DNA of 64,000 nucleotides from Magnetococcales bacterium (GTDB lineage Bacteria; Pseudomonadota; Magnetococcia; Magnetococcales; UBA8363), in the NCBI GenBank assembly GCA_015228815.1, contig JADGCV010000012.1:26749-90748 (forward strand), in the 5' to 3' direction. The notes under the pieces are model-generated. The model made no database searches, had not been told where the DNA came from, and saw only the letters and a list, made by a program, of their open reading frames with translations. Below, one piece after another: positions 16,188-24,959 of this stretch (positions are counted from its first letter, which is position 1; each line of letters opens with the position of its first letter). Position numbers and translations under genes: made by a program.

Positions 16188-19100
16188 ATGACACTGATCA
16201 AGGAACTCATCGAAATACCCGAGCGGGTTCACAAGGGGGATTTTGTCCTGCGCCTTGCCGAGGGGGTGGAGCGGGCCGACGAGACCTTGCGTCATTACGT
16301 GGTGACGCCTCAGCTCAAGGAGCGCTTCGACCACGCCATCACCTTCGTCAAAAGCGCAGTGGACAACCAGGCCAGCAAGGCGGCCTATCTCCATGGCAGC
16401 TTTGGCAGCGGCAAATCCCACTTCATGGCGGTCTTGCACCTCCTGCTTCAGCACAATCCCGATGCCCGGGCCATCCCTGAACTGTCCCCGGTGGTGGCCA
16501 AACACGATGGTTGGCTCACTGGAAAAAAACTGCTCATGGTTCCGTACCACATGATTGGCGCGATCAGCATGGAGTCGGCCATTCTGGGAGGGTTTGTCCA
16601 GCATGTGCGCAAGCGCCATCCGGAAGCGGGCATCCCCGGCGTTTACCTGGCCGAAGGGATCTTCCGGGATGCCATCAAGTTGCGCGAAGAGATCGGCGAC
16701 TACGGGTTTTTCCCCATGCTCAACGGCCCGGTCAAGGAGGAAGGCGACTGGGGAGCGTTGGAAGTGACATGGTATCCCAAACGATTTGACGAGGCATTGA
16801 AACAACCTCCCGGGGGTGAGCTGCGCACGGCCCTGGTCGGCGATCTGGTGAAAAACATCTTTACCGCCCATGCCAGTTTGGCCGCGACCCAGGAGGAGGC
16901 CTTCGTCCCTCTGGAGGAGGGCCTCGCCATCATCAGCCGTTTCGCCCGGGGGCTGGGTTATGACGGGCTGATTTTGTTTCTGGACGAGCTGATCCTGTGG
17001 CTGGCCAGCCATGTGGCCGACCTGAAATTTGTCAGTGCCGAGATCCAGAAGGTGATCAAGCTGGTGGAGTCCGGCGATGGCCAGCGCCCCGTGCCCATCA
17101 TCAGCTTCGTCGCCCGTCAGCAGGACCTGCGGGAGCTGGTGGGCGAGCACATGCCCGGGGTCCAAAGGCTCTCCTTCGCCGACACCCTGAAATATTGGGA
17201 GGGGCGCTTCGACATCATCACCCTGGAAGACCGCAACCTGCCGTTGATCGCCGAAAAGCGGGTGCTGCGCCCCAAATCCGATGCCGCCCGCGCCCAACTG
17301 CAAACCGCTTTCGAGACCGCTACCAGGGTTCGGGAGGAGATCCTCTCCACCCTGCTCACCAGCAACGGTGACCGGGAGATGTTTCGCCGGGTCTACCCCT
17401 TCAGCCCGGCCCTGGTGCAGGCCCTGGTGGCCCTCTCCTCGGTGCTGCAACGGGAACGCACCGCGCTGAAAGTGATGATCCAACTACTGGTCAACCAGAG
17501 GGAGACCCTGGAGCTGGGTCGGATCGTGCCCGTGGGCGACCTCTACGATGCCATCGCCGACGAGGCCGAACCTTTCACCAGCGAGATGCGCCACCACTTT
17601 GAAAACGCCCGCAAGCTCTACCGGCAGAAGCTCTTGCCCATGCTGGAAAAGGATCATGCCGTGCGGGCGGAAAACATTGCCGATCTGCCGGTGACCGACG
17701 TCAAACGTCGCGCTTTTTTGACCGACGACCGGCTGGTGAAGACCCTGCTGCTCTCGGCCCTGGTTCCGGCGGTGGAGTGTTTCAAGGGTCTCAACGCCTC
17801 GCGCCTGACGGCGCTCAACCATGGCAATGTGCGTGCGCCCATTCCCGGGCAGGAAGCGGGCATCGTTCTGCAGAAATGCCGCAAGTGGGCCGGACAGGTG
17901 GGCGAGATCAAGATCGGCGACGAACCGACCAACCCGACCCTGTCGGTGCAACTGACCGGCGTGGACATCGAAACCATCCTGGAAAAGGCCCGTGGTGTGG
18001 ACAACCCGGGCAGCCGGGCCAAGAAAATCCGCGAGATTTTGTTCGCCGCCCTGGGCATTTCCGATTCGGACGCCCTGTTCGGGGTAGAGGTCGTCCACAC
18101 ATGGCGGGGGACCTCCCGAGCCCTGGACGTGGTCTTTGCCAACATTCGCGAGATGGCCGACGAGACCCTCAAGGGTGGCGAAGAGCGTTGGAAGGCCGTC
18201 ATCGACTTTCCCTTCGACGTGGCGGGGTACACCCCGTTGGATGACCTGGCCACCCTGGAGCGCTTCCGCAACCGCAACAAACCCAGCCGCACCTTTTGCT
18301 GGTTGCCGTCCTTTTTCAGTCGTGAGGTGCAGCGGGATCTGGGCTCACTGGTGGTGATGGAGCATGTTCTGACCAGCGACGATCGCTTCCGCGGCTATAC
18401 GGGCCATCTCTCGGAAATCGAACGCGCATCGGCCAAGAGCCTGATGGACAACCAGCGCAGCCAGCTCAGGCAGTATGTGCAAAACTGCCTGGAGGGGGCC
18501 TATGGCATCACCTTGGCGGCCCCCGGAACCCTGGATGGAGCGCACAATCTTGCCGACCACTTTCAGTCCCTGGATCCCACCTTCCAGCTCCGCCCGCCGG
18601 TGGCGGCCAATCTGAAGGGTGGCTTTCTCCATTTGGTGGAGCAGGCCCTGGGCCATCAGTTCCCGGCCCATCCCCGGTTCGAGGCGGAGATCAAGGCCGC
18701 CAACCTCAAGCGGGTGATGGAAGAGGTCATCCGGGCCATCCAGTCCAGCGAAGGGCGCGTGGGCGTGGAAAAGCCCCTGCGCTCGCTGATGAAGCAGATT
18801 GCCACCCCCCTGCTGTTGGGCGAAATGTATGAAACCCATTTCGTGCGGGACACGCACTGGAAAACCCATTTCGAACGCAAGATCATCGACCACGGCAGTC
18901 TGACCACCGTGTACCACCTGCGGCAATGGACCGACGACCCCAAACCCATGGGGCTCCCCACCGTTGCCCAGAACCTGTTGATCCTGCTCTTCGCCCAGCA
19001 GACCAACCGGGTTTTCATGCGGCACGGCATGGTGATTCAGCCCAATCTGGAACGCATTCCCGACGATGCCGTTCTGCATCAACAGATATTGCCGGAACAG

Positions 19101-19847
19101 ACCGCATGGGAACGGGCCGTGGATCGTGCGGGATCCATTTTTGGCATTTCTGTCTCACCTCTGTGCAATGCCGCCAATGTGGTCAACCTGGCCCAGGAGA
19201 TTCAGAACCGGCTGGCCCTCCATCTGGAGCCTTGCCGCCGTTTGGCCAAGGCGCTGGGAGAACGGAGCCAGGCGCTTTCTCTGCCCGGGGATGCTGCCCG
19301 CAAACAGAGCGCGGATTCCGTGCTCGCTCTGCTGGAAAAAATGCGCCATGTCGAGGCCAATGCCCTGGTGACCATTCTGTCCGAGTGGGCGATCCCCACC
19401 AGCAAGGAAAGCCTGGGCAAAAGCCTGAAGAAAGCCGCCGATGTTCTGGCCTCCCTGAATGGCGCCGAATGGGACATTCTGGAGGTGGCATGGGGATTGA
19501 CGGACGAACGGCAAACCCTGGCTCGGGCCAACCGGGCCAAGGTGATCGACGCCCTGTCCCGGGACGAACTGGTGGTTTCCCTGGGCGCTGTGTTGCGGGA
19601 GGCACGGAACGAAGCGGTGCGATTGTTGGGGCTACCAGCCAAACCGAGGCCACCCGTTTCGCCACCGGAACCGCCCATGGTCATCCCGTCGGGTCCGCGC
19701 GGTCGCAGGATTTTCGCGACCGTATCCCGGCAGGGGGTGGCCAGGGCCGAGGCCAAACGGGTTTTGCAAGGGATCGAACAGCAACTGGACCAGCACCCTC
19801 ATGCCTCGATGACCATCGAAGTCCGCATCGAAGGGGAAGAGGAGTAG
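16188..19847 (+). CDS. BrxC/PglY-family BREX P-loop ATPase (1219 aa)
   Basis: The N-terminus reads LRHYVVTPQLKERFDHAITFVKSAV...AAYLHGSFGSGKSHFMAVLHLLL. It parallels the BrxC pattern (VVT..L...., GFFGSGKSHF), and the size is about 1200 aa. It lies next to a PglW-like kinase remnant. Confidence 0.8.
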   Translation: MTLIKELIEIPERVHKGDFVLRLAEGVERADETLRHYVVTPQLKERFDHAITFVKSAVDNQASKAAYLHGSFGSGKSHFMAVLHLLLQHNPDARAIPELSPVVAKHDGWLTGKKLLMVPYHMIGAISMESAILGGFVQHVRKRHPEAGIPGVYLAEGIFRDAIKLREEIGDYGFFPMLNGPVKEEGDWGALEVTWYPKRFDEALKQPPGGELRTALVGDLVKNIFTAHASLAATQEEAFVPLEEGLAIISRFARGLGYDGLILFLDELILWLASHVADLKFVSAEIQKVIKLVESGDGQRPVPIISFVARQQDLRELVGEHMPGVQRLSFADTLKYWEGRFDIITLEDRNLPLIAEKRVLRPKSDAARAQLQTAFETATRVREEILSTLLTSNGDREMFRRVYPFSPALVQALVALSSVLQRERTALKVMIQLLVNQRETLELGRIVPVGDLYDAIADEAEPFTSEMRHHFENARKLYRQKLLPMLEKDHAVRAENIADLPVTDVKRRAFLTDDRLVKTLLLSALVPAVECFKGLNASRLTALNHGNVRAPIPGQEAGIVLQKCRKWAGQVGEIKIGDEPTNPTLSVQLTGVDIETILEKARGVDNPGSRAKKIREILFAALGISDSDALFGVEVVHTWRGTSRALDVVFANIREMADETLKGGEERWKAVIDFPFDVAGYTPLDDLATLERFRNRNKPSRTFCWLPSFFSREVQRDLGSLVVMEHVLTSDDRFRGYTGHLSEIERASAKSLMDNQRSQLRQYVQNCLEGAYGITLAAPGTLDGAHNLADHFQSLDPTFQLRPPVAANLKGGFLHLVEQALGHQFPAHPRFEAEIKAANLKRVMEEVIRAIQSSEGRVGVEKPLRSLMKQIATPLLLGEMYETHFVRDTHWKTHFERKIIDHGSLTTVYHLRQWTDDPKPMGLPTVAQNLLILLFAQQTNRVFMRHGMVIQPNLERIPDDAVLHQQILPEQTAWERAVDRAGSIFGISVSPLCNAANVVNLAQEIQNRLALHLEPCRRLAKALGERSQALSLPGDAARKQSADSVLALLEKMRHVEANALVTILSEWAIPTSKESLGKSLKKAADVLASLNGAEWDILEVAWGLTDERQTLARANRAKVIDALSRDELVVSLGAVLREARNEAVRLLGLPAKPRPPVSPPEPPMVIPSGPRGRRIFATVSRQGVARAEAKRVLQGIEQQLDQHPHASMTIEVRIEGEEE

Positions 19848-19861
19848 AATTTGCGCCCGAT

Positions 19862-20100
19862 GGTAACCGTTCAGACCCCCTCTCCCTCCGGGAGAGGGTC
19901 GGGGTGAGGAGAAACAGAAACTCCATCATTCAAAGGGCTGTGGTGATCCTTGAAGAACCATTCCAATTGCTTGATTTCGTGACGAGATCTTTCTATGGAA
20001 TTACCGTTGATCAAAGCGCCGGTTCCCTCACCCCTGCCCCTCTCCCAGAGGGAGAGGGGAAAAAATCCAGGGGGGGGCTGAATGGTTACGAACGGTTACC
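19862..20100. mobile_element. MITE-like palindromic element (239 bp)
   Basis: An 11-bp perfect terminal inverted repeat, GGTAACCGTTC / GAACGGTTACC. The inner arms CTCTCCCTCCGGGAGAGGGTCGGGGTGAGG and CCCTCACCCCTGCCCCTCTCCCAGAGGGAGAGGGG are inverted copies. It sits between the convergent BrxC/PglY and radical-SAM genes. I saw no clear target duplication. Confidence 0.6.
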
Positions 20101-20122
20101 AATTTGGAAGGAACGGAAGACC

Positions 20123-21211
20123 TCAAGGGGCAAAGATCAAGGTAGGGAGATAGCCGTCATGGATACACGGTCTTGAACCATGAACGTGTACATTCAACTG
20201 AATGTCTCCCCAGTCGGCAGCGACGTCATTGTTTTCCAGCGGACAATAAGGATCCCGGCAATCCATGGTTTGATGCCAGATGATACGGCGATCAAAAGCA
20301 CCGCCCTTGCAATGGTGTTTGACCGGACAGCCATCACAGGAACGTGGCCACTCGAAGTTCAATTTGTGGTGACCGATCAACCGGTCTGGCAACAGTTGAT
20401 CGCTCAGATCCAGTTCAAGGATATGTCCCCGTTTCCAATCCGAAGAGACCAAATAAGTTGAGGGGGTTACCGAGCCATCGGGCAGAATGCGAAGACTGGA
20501 TGTGCCGGAACAGTCTTTTTTTTCCTCATTGCCGATGAGTGCGGAGATGAGCGGATCCGCCAATGAAACCACTTTATGATTGCCAATTATCCACTTCAGG
20601 GAGCTTTTTAAGGCGCCATATGACAAAACGGGTATTTTTTGTCCTGCGTTTGGCCTGAAAATATTGATGCGTACAAAACAACCGCGTTCGGTTGCTATTG
20701 CAAAGATTTTTTCAAGATTTTCTTTTGTCAGAGTTTGATCGATCCCCAGCATGGTCAGTGTTGTGGTCATCCCTTTGGAGCGGCACAGGTCGATACAGTC
20801 CAACGCCCAACGGTACGCATGCTCATTGTTGCGGAAGTTGTTTTGTTTTTGTTCATCGGCGAAATCCAGAGAGATGTCCACTTCCTCCAGGGCGGAGAAA
20901 ATGATTTCCTGTTTATCGGGGGCCAGTTCCACGAGGCTGCCGTTGGTGGTCAGGGCCTGGGAGATGTCCGGGAAAGATTTGGCCACATGCGACAAAAGAG
21001 AGATCCATTCCGATGACAGGGTGTTCTCACCTGTTCCATAATTAATGGAATCGATATAGGAATAATTCCTGTCGATGAATTGAATATTATTAAGAAGTGG
21101 CGAATCATTATGAGTTGATCTTGACTCTTTGCTGTAACAAAATTCGCATTTCATATTGCATGCCGAGGTTGTTCCCCACCCAATGTGCCATTTCTTCATT
21201 TTCAATTCCAT
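20123..21211 (-). CDS. Radical SAM enzyme with SPASM/twitch-like C-terminal Cys cluster
   Basis: CNMKCEFCY is the CxxxCxxC motif. The C-terminus has RILPDGSVTPSTYL and SCDGCPVKHHCKGGAF...CRDPYCP. The local GC is low by eye. Confidence 0.8.
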   Translation of the reverse strand: MELKMKKWHIGWGTTSACNMKCEFCYSKESRSTHNDSPLLNNIQFIDRNYSYIDSINYGTGENTLSSEWISLLSHVAKSFPDISQALTTNGSLVELAPDKQEIIFSALEEVDISLDFADEQKQNNFRNNEHAYRWALDCIDLCRSKGMTTTLTMLGIDQTLTKENLEKIFAIATERGCFVRINIFRPNAGQKIPVLSYGALKSSLKWIIGNHKVVSLADPLISALIGNEEKKDCSGTSSLRILPDGSVTPSTYLVSSDWKRGHILELDLSDQLLPDRLIGHHKLNFEWPRSCDGCPVKHHCKGGAFDRRIIWHQTMDCRDPYCPLENNDVAADWGDIQLNVHVHGSRPCIHDGYLPTLIFAP

Positions 21212-21253
21212 GCTTATTAGAGAAAACCAGAAGAACCTTGTCGCGTTTTTATT

Positions 21254-21640
21254 TTACTTCCTGACAATTTTGTTTGGGCCGGCCCATTTTTCCTGGAATT
21301 CAGTCAATGCAGCGATTTGTTCGTCGGAATATCCCTGCCTGGCGGGTGATATAACGATCAATTTGTCGTCTTTTTCCTGCAATCGGACCAATACCGCGAT
21401 ACAGAGTCCCTGAAAACGCTCCAGAGGTTCGAATTCGCCCAATACGTAGGCGTCCAGTTCTTCACCATCATCGGAAAGGGTGCCGGGTACGTGCCCGTAA
21501 TTTTGCAGATAGGTAAACCCGAGGCTGTGATGTTTAAACCCAATGGGCCGTTCAACAACAACTTCCACGGTATGGCCGATAAACTGAGTGGAATCTGTAA
21601 CCTTTCTGTTCAAAACCGCCCTCGCATTGATGGCACGCAT
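21254..21640 (-). CDS. Small inorganic-pyrophosphatase-like protein
   Basis: NYGHVPGTLSDDGEELDAYVLG resembles the PPase Y-G-x-P-x-T-x-x-x-DGDPLD-x-x-VL core. At 128 aa it is shorter than canonical PPases. Confidence 0.5.
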   Translation of the reverse strand: MRAINARAVLNRKVTDSTQFIGHTVEVVVERPIGFKHHSLGFTYLQNYGHVPGTLSDDGEELDAYVLGEFEPLERFQGLCIAVLVRLQEKDDKLIVISPARQGYSDEQIAALTEFQEKWAGPNKIVRK

Positions 21641-21769
21641 TGGGGAAAGAGATGGTGGATGCTCAAAGCACGGGCCCCCCCTCCTTTTTTGCGTGGCGCG
21701 ACCGGGAGGGGGGAACCCGTATGGACCGATGCCGAGCAGGTCCCGAACGGTCAGATCCTGGCAATACCA

Positions 21770-21982
21770 TCAGGCGTCAAGATTGGCCGCCTTCAGGTAC
21801 GCCTGATTGGAACTGCCGCTCTTTACCGCCTGATTTTTCACCGCCAGAACGTATTCCACGCCATCGTCCGTCACCCTTTTTGAAATGCCCCGTTCGTTGT
21901 ACGCGCTGGCAAGGACATCCCCCAAATCCTGCAGGTATTGATGACGTTCATCCTGGGAATGCATAAGTCTTTGTTTTGACAT
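21770..21982 (-). CDS. Hypothetical 70-aa protein
   Basis: An internal ATG of ORF 21770..22075 gives MSKQRLMHSQDERHQYLQDLGDVLASAYNERG.... The composition is sensible but there are no motifs. It lies in the AT-rich segment. Confidence 0.3.
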   Translation of the reverse strand: MSKQRLMHSQDERHQYLQDLGDVLASAYNERGISKRVTDDGVEYVLAVKNQAVKSGSSNQAYLKAANLDA

Positions 21983-22580
21983 GATCAATCTCCGATTATC
22001 AGTGGTTATCATCAAAAATGGCAGCCATGCCAACGCGCGCCATTCACACAGAACCAAACCCGCATCCAGACACAACCCGACAGCCCGGGAGACGGCGCAT
22101 ATCGAGCGGCGTCCTGAATTGACTTGTGGTGCATTGTAACATGAATTTTGAACTTGTCAAATAGTTAAAATCACCTGTCGTTCGTTTTTTATGATGTTGC
22201 GCAAATGACGAACAAATAAAAAAATAACAAGACATTGTATTATTTGATAAATCATTCCACCAGAGGACCCCGTTCGCACCGTTTCGACCGATCATGCCAG
22301 CGTCGGCCTGAAGATATGGAAACAAAGGATCCGGGTCGATTCCTGAAAAATATTCGTTCTGGAAAAACAGATCAAACCTTCAGGATTTAATTGATGTTTT
22401 TTATTTTTGTTTAGACAATAGTTTCCATTTTTTTGTGTTTTCAGAGCAAAGTCTTGACACGGTGAATGAAAAAATATATATTGAAGACCGGTACGTGTCT
22501 TCAAGGGAGGGATGGCTGTGCTCCAAGAGGGCCGGGGCTTTGAGTCCGCGGTGATTTCAGTGGCCAAACATGTGTGAAGG

Positions 22581-23894
22581 GTGACCAGGATGGTTGGAAG
22601 ATATACCCAGGCGTTTAGAACCAGGCAACTGTTGGAAACCCTGGATCATGCCATTGCAAAATCATCCTTCTACCAGCACCATCTTGGTGCTTTTCGGCAC
22701 CAAGTGAACAGTGTCGATGACCTGGGTGTTCTGCCCACCATCGGCAAGGAGCATCTGGCCCGGCACGGATTGGAAATGCGCACCTCGAAGGCTTTTCCAA
22801 TCCGTTTTGGCATCTCATCGGGGTCCACCTGGGGCGATTTCCGGCCAGGCGAACCAGGCGACAGTCTCTCCTCCCTCGTCGATCCGGCCATTTCCTTTCA
22901 GACCTTGCAGGAAATGGCGGCCATGCGGCACATCCAACAACGGCTGTTTCCACAGGACTCCGGCAATAAAAGTCTGACTTTGCAAATTATTTCCGCATCC
23001 CATGGCATTCGGTATGAAACGTCCGAGGATGGTTACATCCATGCTCCGCTGGAAAGCCCCTTCCACTACGCCCACATCAAACGTCTTCTCCGGACCCGGT
23101 TCGACTTCGATGGCTATCACCCCAGAATTCAAAACGTCGCAGGGGGATTGAACAGTATCAAACTGCTCAGTGAACTGATCCGGCACGACCCGGAAAAGGA
23201 GAAGCTGGATCTCCGGTTGGAGCGGGTCCTGGTTTACGGCCATCATTTGACCCGTTTCTGGAACCGCCGTCTGGAGGAGGTTTTTGCCTGTCCCGTGTTG
23301 AATATTTATGGGATATCGGAAATGTCCGGTGCCACCGGTTTTCAATGTGAGTGCGGTTCGTTCCATATGCCGCCCTTCATCATTCCGGAAGTGATCTCCC
23401 TGGACCGGGCATGCCGGCCCGTCACGCAAGGAGTGGGAGAGTTGGTACTCACCGCCTTGGTTCCTTTTACCGAATATCAGCCTCTGATCCGCTATCGTAC
23501 CGACGATGTGGTCCTGCAAAGTGGTGCCTGTCCCCAGGTGCCGGATATGGGGATTCTTCCCCTCGGTAAAAAAACGAAAACCATTCAAGGACCTGATTAT
23601 ATCCTTCCCTCCTTTCTGCTGGACGAGGTTTTGGAAAAGGTTCCATGGGTTCCAAAAAAGATCGCGGAGAAATTCGCCGTCTTTTTTGACAGCCAACCCT
23701 ATGGGCCGCCCATCTACACCGTGAACCACAGGCCGGGGAAACGCATGCCCGTTGAAATTCTCATTGCGTGCAACACTCCGGACCGGCCATCCGTTTCCGA
23801 ACGGGCCAGGGTGGTGGCGGAGGCCGGTGAAAAGCTGCTGCGGATCGATGGATCAAACGTCAATCAACCCCTTATAGAACTGATTGTAACCTGA
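22581..23894 (+). CDS. PaaK / coenzyme F390 synthetase-like adenylate-forming ligase
   Basis: Motifs: ISSGSTWG (degenerate SSGTTG), YGISEMSGATGFQCECG and LIRYRTDDVV. The start is GTG 22581 or ATG 22590. Confidence 0.7.
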   Translation: MTRMVGRYTQAFRTRQLLETLDHAIAKSSFYQHHLGAFRHQVNSVDDLGVLPTIGKEHLARHGLEMRTSKAFPIRFGISSGSTWGDFRPGEPGDSLSSLVDPAISFQTLQEMAAMRHIQQRLFPQDSGNKSLTLQIISASHGIRYETSEDGYIHAPLESPFHYAHIKRLLRTRFDFDGYHPRIQNVAGGLNSIKLLSELIRHDPEKEKLDLRLERVLVYGHHLTRFWNRRLEEVFACPVLNIYGISEMSGATGFQCECGSFHMPPFIIPEVISLDRACRPVTQGVGELVLTALVPFTEYQPLIRYRTDDVVLQSGACPQVPDMGILPLGKKTKTIQGPDYILPSFLLDEVLEKVPWVPKKIAEKFAVFFDSQPYGPPIYTVNHRPGKRMPVEILIACNTPDRPSVSERARVVAEAGEKLLRIDGSNVNQPLIELIVT

Positions 23895-24959
23895 ATGAAT
23901 GCCCCATTGATTACCTCTTTTTGCACGACGGGTGGGTGTGCCGGAAAGATTGGTCCGGATATTCTGGAGACGATGCTTTCTCCCATGCGTCAATTCCCCA
24001 GCGTGTCTCAGTTGCTGGTGGGGTTGATGGATCAGGACGATGCGGCGGTCTATGCACACAACGGAACCGAAGGGTTGATCTTCTCGGCCGACTTTATCCC
24101 GCCATTGCTGGATGATCCGACCGCATACGGCGAAATTGCGGCGGCGCACGCCATCAACGATATTTATGCCATGGGGGGAACACCGCTCATGTGCGTGAAT
24201 CTGCTGGCGATTCCTCAACCACTCCTGGGATCGGATACCGTGACCAGGATCCTTGGCGGCGTGGCGCAGAAAATCGTGGAGGCCGGAGCTTTTTTGGTGG
24301 GAGGGCACTCCATACGCAGCCGCGATTTGTTGTGCGGGCTGGCAGTTATCGGTCTGGTACACGTTGAAAAAATGTGGCGGAAAAACCAGTCGCGGGTGGG
24401 TGATGCCATCGTGTTGACCAAACCTTTGGGATCTGGGGTGGTGTTGTCCGCTCATGGTGCCGGTATGTTGGCAAACGATGCCGAGATGGGTCCCAGTCTG
24501 GCCTGTATCCGGCGCCTGAACCGGGCGGCCACGGAAGCATTGTGTCTTTTTCACGTTCATGCCGCCACGGATGTTTCCGGTTTTGGCCTGGTTCACCATG
24601 CAGCCGATATTGCCCGACACTCCGCCGTCAGCCTGATCTTCGACTGGGAACGGATTCCCATCCTGGAAGGTGCCTTGAATCACATGGAACAGGGGATACG
24701 CTCAAGTCTGACGGAGGCCAACCGCAGGCATCTCCATCACGAAGTGCGCTACCCCCCGTCCTGCGCTTCCACGGTGCAGGACATGTTGAACGAACCACAA
24801 ACCAATGGCGGGTTGCTGGTGACCCTTCCCTGGGAAGAGGCGGAAGAAGCCGTGCGACGACTTCACGATTCGGGGGAACGGGATGCCTGTGTCGTGGGCC
24901 GGGTTGCCGCCTTTCAGGATGACTTCAAGATCGGGTTTTCCCCATTAATCAACCCATGA
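23895..24959 (+). CDS. SelD-like (PurM superfamily) selenide/water dikinase homologue
   Basis: The N-terminus reads FCTTGGCAGKIGP, against the canonical G-C/U-G-C-K-I-x-P. Other motifs are DDAAVY, AINDIYAMGG and VGGHSI. The ATG abuts the upstream TGA. Confidence 0.75.
   Translation: MNAPLITSFCTTGGCAGKIGPDILETMLSPMRQFPSVSQLLVGLMDQDDAAVYAHNGTEGLIFSADFIPPLLDDPTAYGEIAAAHAINDIYAMGGTPLMCVNLLAIPQPLLGSDTVTRILGGVAQKIVEAGAFLVGGHSIRSRDLLCGLAVIGLVHVEKMWRKNQSRVGDAIVLTKPLGSGVVLSAHGAGMLANDAEMGPSLACIRRLNRAATEALCLFHVHAATDVSGFGLVHHAADIARHSAVSLIFDWERIPILEGALNHMEQGIRSSLTEANRRHLHHEVRYPPSCASTVQDMLNEPQTNGGLLVTLPWEEAEEAVRRLHDSGERDACVVGRVAAFQDDFKIGFSPLINP

Noticed and set aside
16155-19756. Minus-strand ORFs 16155..17483 (442 aa), 17484..18098, 17654..18292, 18345..19082 and 19183..19756, plus + ORF 18926..20176 (416 aa)
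   Set aside because: They are antisense or off-frame shadows of the 1219-aa BrxC/PglY gene, with G/Q/H/P-rich composition.
20123-21211. The radical SAM protein as a prokaryotic viperin (pVip), because CNMKCEFCY resembles the viperin CNYKCGFCF
   Set aside because: The C-terminal half has an RILPDGSV strand and a multi-Cys SPASM/twitch-like cluster, which viperins lack. No nucleotide-kinase partner is present.
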